Position numbers and translations under genes: made by a program. From Trichormus sp. ATA11-4-KO1 (lineage in GTDB: Bacteria; Cyanobacteriota; Cyanobacteriia; Cyanobacteriales; Nostocaceae), in NCBI GenBank assembly GCA_019358915.1, contig JAHHIM010000036.1, positions 352,001 to 416,000 on the forward strand: DNA of 64,000 nucleotides. Reading direction: 5' to 3'. Shown piece by piece: positions 43,332 to 51,950 of the stretch (the stretch's first letter is position 1; every line of letters begins with the position of its first letter). A model generated the notes under the pieces. The model saw only the letters and a program-made list of their open reading frames with translations, made no database searches and was not told where the DNA came from.

Positions 43332-44027
43332 ATGAAGGTAAATTACAGCAAATTGCTCACCAATTTGGTAGGTGTAGTAGGAATAGCAGGTGTTAGTCTC
43401 CTAGTCACTTTACCATCTGGAGCAAATGAGACAAGTAATAATTTAGTAGCACAGGGCGGTGGGGCATTAAATCCCAGACCAAGTATTTTTAACGAACCTC
43501 CTTATAACCGTGGTAGCCGCACTTCACCCACTGAAGTTACACCTACTCCAAGTACTCCCCCAGCTACAACACCCCCCACAACTACCCCAGAGACAGGTAC
43601 AACTGATACTCAAGACAAAACCTTGTTAGCATTGGCAGAATCAAGCCCTTCTTTCACAACCTTAACCAAGGCTTTAAAAGCAGCAGGATTGACAGAAGCT
43701 TTGCAAGGTCAAGATGACTTAACAGTTTTTGCGCCCACTGATGCTGCATTTGCCAAATTACCGCAAGATGCTGTCAGAGATTTATTGAAGCCAGAAAATA
43801 AAGAAATCTTGCTAAAGCTATTAACTTACCATGTTGTCAGTGGTACAGTCTTATCTACTGATTTGAAATCTGGAGAAGTCAAAAGTGTTGAAGGTGGCGC
43901 AATTAGCGTCAAAGTTGATTCTGCTGGTGTGATGGTAAATGATGCCAAGGTAGTTCAGGCAGATATCAAAGGTAGTAATGGTGTGATCCATGCGATTGAC
44001 CAAGTGATTTTGCCTCCTGACTTGTAG
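43332..44027 (+). CDS. Fasciclin (FAS1) domain protein
   Basis: Signal peptide, P/T linker, TVFAPTDAAF, LLTYHVV and SNGVIHAIDQVILP motifs. Confidence 0.92.
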   Translation: MKVNYSKLLTNLVGVVGIAGVSLLVTLPSGANETSNNLVAQGGGALNPRPSIFNEPPYNRGSRTSPTEVTPTPSTPPATTPPTTTPETGTTDTQDKTLLALAESSPSFTTLTKALKAAGLTEALQGQDDLTVFAPTDAAFAKLPQDAVRDLLKPENKEILLKLLTYHVVSGTVLSTDLKSGEVKSVEGGAISVKVDSAGVMVNDAKVVQADIKGSNGVIHAIDQVILPPDL

Positions 44028-44170
44028 GTTTTAAACATTTAACCCTGCCTTTCCCCACCCTTTGCCAGGGGTGGGGTGATAAAATCTGCATAATATAAAT
44101 TTTTATTACAGTTTTTCTCGCTTTTGCCCTGTTAGTTAAAATATGTGTCACAATCTCTGTTGAGAGTTAA

Positions 44171-44273
44171 TTCGGCGACAGCGTTTGTTTTTAGTATTGA
44201 CAGGCTTTTTCCTTGTGGTATTTACAGACTTCTCTCCGAAATCTAAATCTCTACACTCTTGTGATTTTGGAGA
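44171..44273 (+). promoter_or_regulatory. Conserved 5'-UTR boxes of cold-inducible cyanobacterial rbp genes
   Basis: TTCGGCGA (44171-44178), TTTGTTTTTAGT (44184-44195) and TCTCCGAA (44233-44240); the last is complementary to the RBS region TTTTGGAGA (44265-44273). Confidence 0.75.
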
Positions 44274-44279
44274 CATTCT

Positions 44280-44585
44280 ATGTCAATTTATGTAGGCAAC
44301 CTTTCTTACGAAGTTACCCAAGATGCTCTAACTGCTGTGTTTACAGAGTATGGTTCTGTAAGACGGGTACAAATACCTACTGACCGTGAAACAGGTCGTG
44401 TGCGTGGCTTCGCTTTTGTAGAAATGGGTACAGAAGCTGAAGAAACAGCAGCTATTGATGCCCTTGATGGAGCTGAATGGATGGGACGTGACCTAAAAGT
44501 CAATAAGGCTAAACCCAAGGAAGATAGAGGTTCCTTTGGGGGTAACCGAGGCGGTGGCGGTGGCAACTTCCGTAACCGTTACTAA
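44280..44585 (+). CDS. rbp: RRM RNA-binding protein with Gly-rich tail (Rbp family)
   Basis: RNP2 IYVGNL, RNP1 RGFAFVEM, Gly-rich C-terminus; paralog not resolvable. Confidence 0.93.
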   Translation: MSIYVGNLSYEVTQDALTAVFTEYGSVRRVQIPTDRETGRVRGFAFVEMGTEAEETAAIDALDGAEWMGRDLKVNKAKPKEDRGSFGGNRGGGGGNFRNRY

Positions 44586-44717
44586 ACGAAATAAAGTCAA
44601 TTAGGTAGATAAACAGCTCTCAGACCATTATTCTGATACTTTAATTCTGCCTCAGTTTCACAAAACAAGTGCTATTTCTGAGCACATTTAGTTTGAGGAA
44701 CTTAATTGAATTTAGTA

Positions 44718-44747
44718 GAGGCTCAGGCATTATTGTCTGAGCCTTTT
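44718..44747. terminator. Terminator between rbp and the PPIase gene
   Basis: AGGCTCAGGCA-TTAT-TGTCTGAGCCTTTT. Confidence 0.65.
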
Positions 44748-44764
44748 GTGTACAAAAATTTTAT

Positions 44765-45520
44765 TCAGTTCAGTAAATAATTAGGTAAAGATGAATTGAG
44801 TAAAGAGTCTAGTTCTTTAACTAGCCAATTTTGAAACATATTATTGAGAACTTCTAAATATTTTTCAGGTGTTAATTCAGCAGGAAGGAACTCTTCCACC
44901 ATTAAAAGATGATAACCTTGCTCAGTTTTTAAAGGGCCTATCAACTGTTTAGGTGGTGTTCTAAATACGATCGCGGCTATATCTAGCTGGAGAGAAAAAC
45001 GATAGATTCTTCCTTCATAACCGCACTTTTGCCTGCGTTGAGCATCAATATTATAGAGGTGAGCGGCATCATAAAAACTGATTTCTTGATCTTCTATTTG
45101 ATAGTAAATTTCTTGAGCCAGTTTTTCAGAGTCAACAATGATTTGATAGAGAATTACCTGCTCAAACTCTAGGCGCTTGTGGATAAAAAACTGTTCTACT
45201 TCTTGAGCAAATAATGCTTGAGCTAATTTTTGTGACAACAGGCGATCGCGAATTTTCATTTCCCAGTCACTGGGAGTAACTAATTGATCCGTTAACCATG
45301 CTAGTGTGTCTGTAGCTTTCTCTAATCGCTGTTCGCGGCGCTGGCGATTCGCTTCAGCCTCAATCTCGGCTGTCGTCACAGTTATTCCTCTTTCCTCAGC
45401 TACATGCCATATCACCTTATCAAATAGAATTTTTTGATATACTTCCTTTAAACTCATTTCTTTTTTGAGGAAGTTGATAATTTCTTCGGCTTCAATAACT
45501 ATTTTAGAAAGGTCACTCAT
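44765..45520 (-). CDS. PpiC/parvulin-type peptidylprolyl isomerase of hetC/type I secretion loci
   Basis: LAQEIYYQIED..SFYDAAHLY, CGYEGR and IGPLKTEQGYHLL motifs. Confidence 0.82.
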   Translation of the reverse strand: MSDLSKIVIEAEEIINFLKKEMSLKEVYQKILFDKVIWHVAEERGITVTTAEIEAEANRQRREQRLEKATDTLAWLTDQLVTPSDWEMKIRDRLLSQKLAQALFAQEVEQFFIHKRLEFEQVILYQIIVDSEKLAQEIYYQIEDQEISFYDAAHLYNIDAQRRQKCGYEGRIYRFSLQLDIAAIVFRTPPKQLIGPLKTEQGYHLLMVEEFLPAELTPEKYLEVLNNMFQNWLVKELDSLLNSSLPNYLLN

Positions 45521-45906
45521 TGGTATTTAGGTTGTTAAATAACCAGTTAAACAAGGTTTTAGTTCATCGCTTTGAAAAATATAAAAAACTGGAAGCTAAA
45601 AAAGTTAAGTAGCTTCCAGAAATTACTATATAAATTGTAAACTTATAAAGCGGAAAGAATCCTATTTGGGAGAAAAAGGATTAAGATATTTGCAAGAAAA
45701 GCGTAAGTTCTATCAGCCATAACAATGATGGAATCGTCACTTTTTCCTTTTTCGCTGCTGGTGAAGGTGTTAATCGTCAGCTTTTAAACTCAAATAACAC
45801 CAACTTCAGCCAAGAAGCTCTATCCAGTTTCCCCACGTTTAGAGACTCGATAGAAAACATTCAAAGTTAGGATGGCGGGGAGACGCTAATCTAACTTTTA
45901 TTTGCT

Positions 45907-46044
45907 TTAACTTCTGCCGAAAAAAGAACCACCATTCGCAACGGTCACATCGTTATTTTTGGTTGAGGAGTTGTTTACTCCCTGATATACTGACTGCTTC
46001 AGCAACTGCAATCAGTTATATGTGTTTCATAGTCAGATAATCAT
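45907..46044 (-). pseudogene. Decayed double-glycine-leader peptide gene (asr2819/patC-like position)
   Basis: ATG ATT ATC TGA..ATG AAA CAC ATA TAA CTG ATT GCA GTT GCT GAA GCA GTC AGT ATA TCA GGG AGT: resembles MIISDLxHLEVVAEAxSIxGG leaders but has stops and frameshifts. Confidence 0.4.
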
Positions 46045-46326
46045 TGATTTTATCGTTGTAAATTAATTTTTTTCATCACCTCTTGTTGAGTAGTTATTTA
46101 TAATCTATAGGATCTTGTTAGAAAATATTTGCCATTTTGGCAATAGTTTTCGTATTTAGGATGAAATACTTAAAATATAAATTTTTGAAAAACAAATTTT
46201 TTTAGCAGTTTATGCAACTGTAAAATTATATAAAAAACCTACCATACTCATGAGAAATACATAGTATGGCAGGCGTTAACACTCCCAATAATCTGTGAAG
46301 CATGATCTATTAATGCAATAGATTGT

Positions 46327-46797
46327 TTAATTAAATTCACAGATTTTCAATGATTCATCTTCAGCTTTTTCAGGGTTTAATGCCAATGATATGGGTTGAG
46401 ATTCGTGCATTTGCTTTGCCGATGAATTATTTAAACTACCACCACGAATTTCTCTGGTTTGATTTCCCACTACTTCAAGATAAGCCAGGTCTTTAATTTT
46501 ACTTAAGCAACCTGGTGAACTCTTCATATCAGACCTTTTACTAGCCGACGGTTGAGCAGTTTTCATACTTTCGTTATGCTGTTGGTGCGTTCTGCTAACT
46601 TGGGTGTTTTCTTTCAGCAATCGGTTATAAGTGCGGTAAGGAATGTAATGTAAAGGATTATAACCAACTATGCGTAGCATTAAAACACATGCCCAGGAAT
46701 ACTTTCCGGCAAGAATCGCTTCCACTATTTGATCGAATTGTTGAGGATTCATTGCTTTATTGAAATTGCTACTAATGCCAGGAATATCTTGATTCAT
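46327..46797 (-). CDS. hetP: Heterocyst commitment protein HetP
   Basis: [24 protein letters not shown]...[20 protein letters not shown]; about 156 aa; downstream of hetC. Confidence 0.92.
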   Translation of the reverse strand: MNQDIPGISSNFNKAMNPQQFDQIVEAILAGKYSWACVLMLRIVGYNPLHYIPYRTYNRLLKENTQVSRTHQQHNESMKTAQPSASKRSDMKSSPGCLSKIKDLAYLEVVGNQTREIRGGSLNNSSAKQMHESQPISLALNPEKAEDESLKICEFN

Positions 46798-47376
46798 AGT
46801 GTTAGTTATCTTTGATGAAGCTAGATCAATTTCGTCAGTTTTTGGTGTTGCAGTTGACTTGCAGTTACTGAGTTATTCTCGGAAATATATTGGCTGTGTG
46901 GCGAATGAGGCGATCGCACTAGTAAAGCTTGATGCCTGCTGAGGAATTAGATAGTAGTAAAAATAAAAATCATTGAGCTTCATTTCTAAACTTTCCCCTT
47001 GATTTGAGGTTTCTACTGCATTTGACTTGATAATTTCCATGAGTGGAAACAAGTCTGTATGTAGCTCGTGGTAGATGCAGTTTTGACTTCTTGTGAATGT
47101 CTGGTCTATTAATCTAAATTTACTGACCCTGATCATTTATTGTATATTTTCTGCTCGGCAATTAAGAGCAATTTTGGATAAATTTATTTGTTTTTACTTA
47201 AGTATGAAAACTTATTTATCCAATAATACTAAGAATAGCTTTCGTATTTATACTATTCTATCTCATTAATCTTATTCGTCATTATAGCATTGCTACCAGT
47301 CAAATTTACTGAACTTTTTTTCATGTTATTTCTTTGTTGTGCAACTTTGTTTTTTGTCACTTATTTACTAAGAGAT

Positions 47377-47393
47377 GAGGGGTTTAACCCCCT
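47377..47393. promoter_or_regulatory. HetR-binding inverted repeat upstream of hetP
   Basis: GAGGGGTTTAACCCCCT has the GGG-N5-CCC core and is 14/17 identical to the Anabaena hetP site GAGGGGTCTAACCCCTC as I recall it; 580 bp upstream of the hetP ATG. Confidence 0.8.
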
Positions 47394-47865
47394 ATTGGTA
47401 ATATCTTTGAGGTTTTGAATTTAATTAATCTACTAGAAAAATTTACCATCAAATAAGTTAATAAACAACTGTTTGATAAAACAAAAGAAATATCATTAAA
47501 AACTCACCCAGGATTCTTTGGTTAGAGTTATTGAGAATTGTTTTCCCTGATATTGATGATATTTATACCGCCAAAAGCTGAATATACAAGCCTAATAGCT
47601 ATTAGGGCTGGCGACTTCGCTGAATCTTGAAGCAGTCACAGTTAAAAAATTAGGGTAATTAATGTTTTATGTTATGATCTATTGACTTATTGAAGATTTA
47701 TAAATTATCTATAACCAAACATCCATTGAGGATATTTGAAAAAAATATGTAGCAGTCTTAGTCTGCATATCATTGATGGAATGCAGCGAATCAGAGAGTT
47801 TTATTCAGTGTGTCTGGAAGCAAATTTATAGGTAGATTGAGCTTTAACCACCTGAGCCAGGTGAA

Positions 47866-50800
47866 TTATAGTTGTAATTGCAGTTGAGCTAAGTTGTAAT
47901 AAAGACCAGCAATTTCCATTAATTCTTGATGAGTACCTTGTTCAACAAGAAAACCTCTGTCTAGGACGAGTATGTAGTCAGCTTGACGCACACTAGAGAA
48001 ACGATGGGAGATGATAAAAGTGGTACGATCGCTACTCATCCTGGTTAAGTTCTGTTGCAAGCAGAGTTCCGATTCTGCATCTAGTCCGCTAGTCGCTTCA
48101 TCCAAAATCAAAATACCTGGATTTCTAATCAATGCGCGGGCGATCGCAATTTTTTGTTTTTGTCCACCAGAAAGCGTTACACCCCTCTCCCCTACCTCGG
48201 TGTTGTAACCGAAGGGTAATGCTTGAATAAAGGCATGTGCTTCAGCTAACTTTGCAGCTGCGATCGCCTGCTCTAAGCTAAACTCCGAACTGTATAAGGT
48301 GATGTTTTCTAAAATGGTTCCAGAAAACAAAAAACAATCTTGCGGTACAAAACCCAACTGACTCCGCAACGACTGGAGAGAAACCAGCGAAATATCTTGC
48401 CCATCAATGAAAATCCTTCCAGCGTGGGGACGATATAAACCAGCCAGCAAATTCGCTAAAGTACTTTTACCTGAACCACTCTGACCGATAATGCCAATAG
48501 TCTGCTGGGGTTGCACTTGAAAAGAGATATTTTGTAAAGTGTTGCCGTTTTCGGGGTTATATCGGCAGCAAACATTTTCAAAATGCACTTCACCGCGAAT
48601 CGGAGGCATTACCAGTAGCGGTGTTGGGGAATTTTCTTCTGGCTGGGAAGCAAAGACATCCTCCAGCCTCTCCAGAGAAATCTGGATCTCTGGGAACTCA
48701 TCCCACAACCCCACCAATGCCAAAATGGCGATCGCAATATTACTAATAAGCAGATTAAAAGCGACAAACCTACCGAGTGTCATCTGCCCACTAATTACCA
48801 GATTTGCCCCAAACCACAAAATAACTGTGCTACCAACGTGATTAAGCAAACTTCTGGTGAGTTGCAAGTTACTCACCAACTTTCGTCCCCGCAACCGCAC
48901 CTTCAACATATTCTGAAAACGCTCTTGCCAATGCATCTGCACTGGGTATTCAGCTGCTGCGGTTTTGACTATAGCAATACCAGTAATCATTTCGCGCATC
49001 GAGGTGTTATGTCCTGCCGATTCCTGTAAAATTTCCTGCGACGCTTTTTTGAGGAATGGACTTGTGCCGATAGTCAAGATTACAACTAGTAGCATCCAAA
49101 CCAGTACCAGGAGAGTCAATTGCCAGTTGTAATCAGCCATTAACCCTAGGTATATCACCACCATGAAGGTGTCTATCGTGCCATTGATAGCTTGACGAGT
49201 CAGAAATAATTGGATTTTGCGGTTTTCTTGGACGCGGCTAATAATGTCTTCTACTTGACGCGAGGCAAAAAATTGCCACGGCAACTGCAACGTATAGTTA
49301 ATGAAACGACCAATCAAGTTAATATCGATTCGATTGGCAACATACTCCAATAAGTATTGACGCTGTGCTGTTAAAACAGCACGCCAGATACCTAAACCCA
49401 GGAAGCTGACAGCAAAAATATTCAGCGTATCAAAGTCTTTCAGGGGCATTACTTGGTCGATTACCACCTGAGTAAATAAGGGAGTCGCTAGCCCAAACAC
49501 TTGCACCAACATGGAAGCGAGAATAATTTGACCGAGTAATTTACGGTAATGCCCCAATGTGTGCCAATAACGACCCAGAGAAATTTTTTCGTTCTTGAGA
49601 TTATAAAAATCTGCGGTGGGGTTTAAAAGTAGGGCGTATCCTGTCCAACTAGCGACAAACTCCGGACGTGAAAGCCAGCGCTTACCGATGGCTGGATCGG
49701 AAATCAATAAGCGATCGCTTTTGACTCGCCAGACAACAACATAGTGAATTCCTTGCCAATGAGCAATCCAAGGATTTGGATCAGCATCTAACTTATCTAA
49801 ACTTGCCCGTACTGGTAGCACATCATATCCCAAGGTGGCAGCTGCGGCGGCTAAATTTTGCAGAGATGCACCCATGCGGTCTACCTGTGCTAAATTTCGC
49901 AGGGTGTAAAGGTTCAAGCGTTTACCCCAGTACTGACAAACCATCGCCAAACACGCCGCACCACAATCCGATGAACTTTGCTGTTGAATGCAGGGATAAG
50001 AACGCCATAACTTATTTCTTAACCGAGGCTGGTTTTCCGCTTGAGGAAAGTTAATTTCTTCCACATTTGGCAGAAGTTCCGCTTCTGTTGTTGATTCTGC
50101 TTGTTCCTGATCCCCAATCTCCAGTGCCCAATCTCTATTGTGATGTGGAACAGGAAGTGGTATTTGGGTTATTGGTGCGCTTTCTGCTGCTGCTACTGGT
50201 GCAGATTTTTCCGGAAATAACTGCGGTGCGATCGCTCTGACTAATTCCCAATTATTTGTTGACAAATGGTAAACTAACAAATCGGTTTCGGCAATCCCAT
50301 CAGTCGGTGTGATATCAGGATATCCCCAGCTATCGCCTATCTGTAGTGAGTTGTCAATTTTGCCCCCCGCCAGCCAAAAGCGTCCCTTAACTGAAGAAGT
50401 TGTTTCTACTAGAGATGAACCAGCCGTGATCTTAGTAGCTACGAGGTAGGGTAGTAATTCTCGCAGAGTGGAACTAGTAAGCGATCGCAACTCGGTATAA
50501 CTTTTAAAAAAAATCAGTGCTTGCTGTTTACAAGTTAACTGCTGTAAATAACTTTTTAATTTAGGTAGGCGCTGCAACCACTGTTTTAAATCAGAAATAG
50601 CTATTTGCGCTATACAACCTGCACTAGCTGCGATCGCTCGGTATGGTAAAGGTTGATGACAAAATAAATGATCTGCCCCAAAAGTTTGTTCTGTTAATAG
50701 CAACTGTGTAGAAACTTCTCGTTTCAAAGTTGCATCAAAACCCAATAAACGCACGCGACCATGACAAACTAAGTAAAGAAAATCTTCAGTGTCGCCATTG

Positions 50801-50997
50801 AGAGCATAGCTACTTAGTTCATCACCTAGTTGAAACTCACGTATCACCCAAAATTGGCTAAAGTCTGATATGATACTTGTATCCCCTACAACTATCTTCA
50901 AAAATTTGAGGATAGCCGCTTCTGGAGTAGGAGATTGTTGGTTATTGGTATCTTTTTGCATATCTCCCTGAACTCTGAACGACAAAGAGGGGTTCAT
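47866..50997 (-). CDS. hetC: HetC, peptidase-C39-containing ABC exporter
   Basis: 1043 aa; cNMP-like N-terminus, QQQSSSDCGAACL / HYVV / SDP C39 triad, TMD, GQSGSGKS, LSGGQKQK, LDEATS; upstream of hetP. Confidence 0.92.
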   Translation of the reverse strand: MNPSLSFRVQGDMQKDTNNQQSPTPEAAILKFLKIVVGDTSIISDFSQFWVIREFQLGDELSSYALNGDTEDFLYLVCHGRVRLLGFDATLKREVSTQLLLTEQTFGADHLFCHQPLPYRAIAASAGCIAQIAISDLKQWLQRLPKLKSYLQQLTCKQQALIFFKSYTELRSLTSSTLRELLPYLVATKITAGSSLVETTSSVKGRFWLAGGKIDNSLQIGDSWGYPDITPTDGIAETDLLVYHLSTNNWELVRAIAPQLFPEKSAPVAAAESAPITQIPLPVPHHNRDWALEIGDQEQAESTTEAELLPNVEEINFPQAENQPRLRNKLWRSYPCIQQQSSSDCGAACLAMVCQYWGKRLNLYTLRNLAQVDRMGASLQNLAAAAATLGYDVLPVRASLDKLDADPNPWIAHWQGIHYVVVWRVKSDRLLISDPAIGKRWLSRPEFVASWTGYALLLNPTADFYNLKNEKISLGRYWHTLGHYRKLLGQIILASMLVQVFGLATPLFTQVVIDQVMPLKDFDTLNIFAVSFLGLGIWRAVLTAQRQYLLEYVANRIDINLIGRFINYTLQLPWQFFASRQVEDIISRVQENRKIQLFLTRQAINGTIDTFMVVIYLGLMADYNWQLTLLVLVWMLLVVILTIGTSPFLKKASQEILQESAGHNTSMREMITGIAIVKTAAAEYPVQMHWQERFQNMLKVRLRGRKLVSNLQLTRSLLNHVGSTVILWFGANLVISGQMTLGRFVAFNLLISNIAIAILALVGLWDEFPEIQISLERLEDVFASQPEENSPTPLLVMPPIRGEVHFENVCCRYNPENGNTLQNISFQVQPQQTIGIIGQSGSGKSTLANLLAGLYRPHAGRIFIDGQDISLVSLQSLRSQLGFVPQDCFLFSGTILENITLYSSEFSLEQAIAAAKLAEAHAFIQALPFGYNTEVGERGVTLSGGQKQKIAIARALIRNPGILILDEATSGLDAESELCLQQNLTRMSSDRTTFIISHRFSSVRQADYILVLDRGFLVEQGTHQELMEIAGLYYNLAQLQLQL

Positions 50998-51561
50998 AGT
51001 TTGACTTCTGGTTATTTGTATGATGTTTAACTTGTAATATGTGAGCAGTTGTAGTCTCAGAAAATAGAGATATAAATGCTTGGATTAATTGGGTTTTGCA
51101 TTATTCAAATGTTATTAATCAACAAATATTTAAGCTCATTTTTCCTACATACAGTTTTAATCACAAGATTTTACTAGGAGAATGCAGCTTGAATTGACAC
51201 CAGAAACTTAAGCATCTGCTTCAGGATTACATTCTATAACTTGTAAAAAATTGATACTTGTTGAATAATTCCAGATAACTTAGCTAATGAACTGTGCCCC
51301 CAACTGAACATTAGTGTTACCAGAAAATCTAGAATATCAATTTCTAAGAATAAACATAAGCATAAGAAAATCAGTAACTTTTATGACTAAAATTAGCAAT
51401 ACTTGTATTTTTGAAAAATGCCGTCTTAATGCGTAAGTATTTAAATTGTTTTTTAACCCTACTTATACTTTCCTGGGGTTCATGAAATACCCGGAAAATA
51501 AAACTAAAAATTGGAGATTTTTAGTTTTTGAGTTGTATACACAATACCGTTCAAAATACAA

Positions 51562-51603
51562 ATAATAAAATATCTGTGGTAGTTGTTGTGTATCTTTGGT
51601 TAC
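51562..51603 (-). promoter_or_regulatory. NtcA-activated (class II) promoter of hetC
   Basis: Minus strand GTAACCAAAGATAC (GTA-N8-TAC, 51603-51590), exactly 22 nt, then TATTAT (TAN3T); about 560 nt upstream of the hetC ATG. Confidence 0.85.
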
Positions 51604-51609
51604 AGATTT

Positions 51610-51879
51610 AACGTGAGTCTCCAAGGAAGGCGCACCTGCGGGAAGGGCGAAAGAAACAGAATCCTCCGTACTTTTTACTCGTAACTCAGCACTATTTCTT
51701 AGGAGTTCTACAAGTTGAAAAAACCCCTCTCCAAACCTCTCCCCTACAAAGAGGAGCCACTACGTTGTGCGGGTTCACCGCGTTGTAGCAAGTGGCGTAG
51801 AGGCTTCAAAACCTTAATTTATCGTTGGCCCCTTTCCGTGTCGGAGAGGGGTTGGGGTGAGGTTAATCGAATTCACGTT
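51610..51879. mobile_element. Composite repeat: AACGTGA...TCGAATTCACGTT MITE-family copy with nested small inserts
   Basis: Matches the reverse complement of 33855-34009; extra 44-bp hairpin 51755-51798 flanked by AGAGG direct repeats. Confidence 0.65.
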
Positions 51880-51950
51880 CTTACTTTGGGGCTAGTTTCT
51901 TCATCTCTGTTCCCTATTCCCTGTTCCCGCCCCAAAGGGGCTGATGAAAG

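Noticed and set aside
46873..47136. 87-aa ORF between hetC and hetP
   Set aside because: No recognisable motif; it lies within the presumed long hetP leader.
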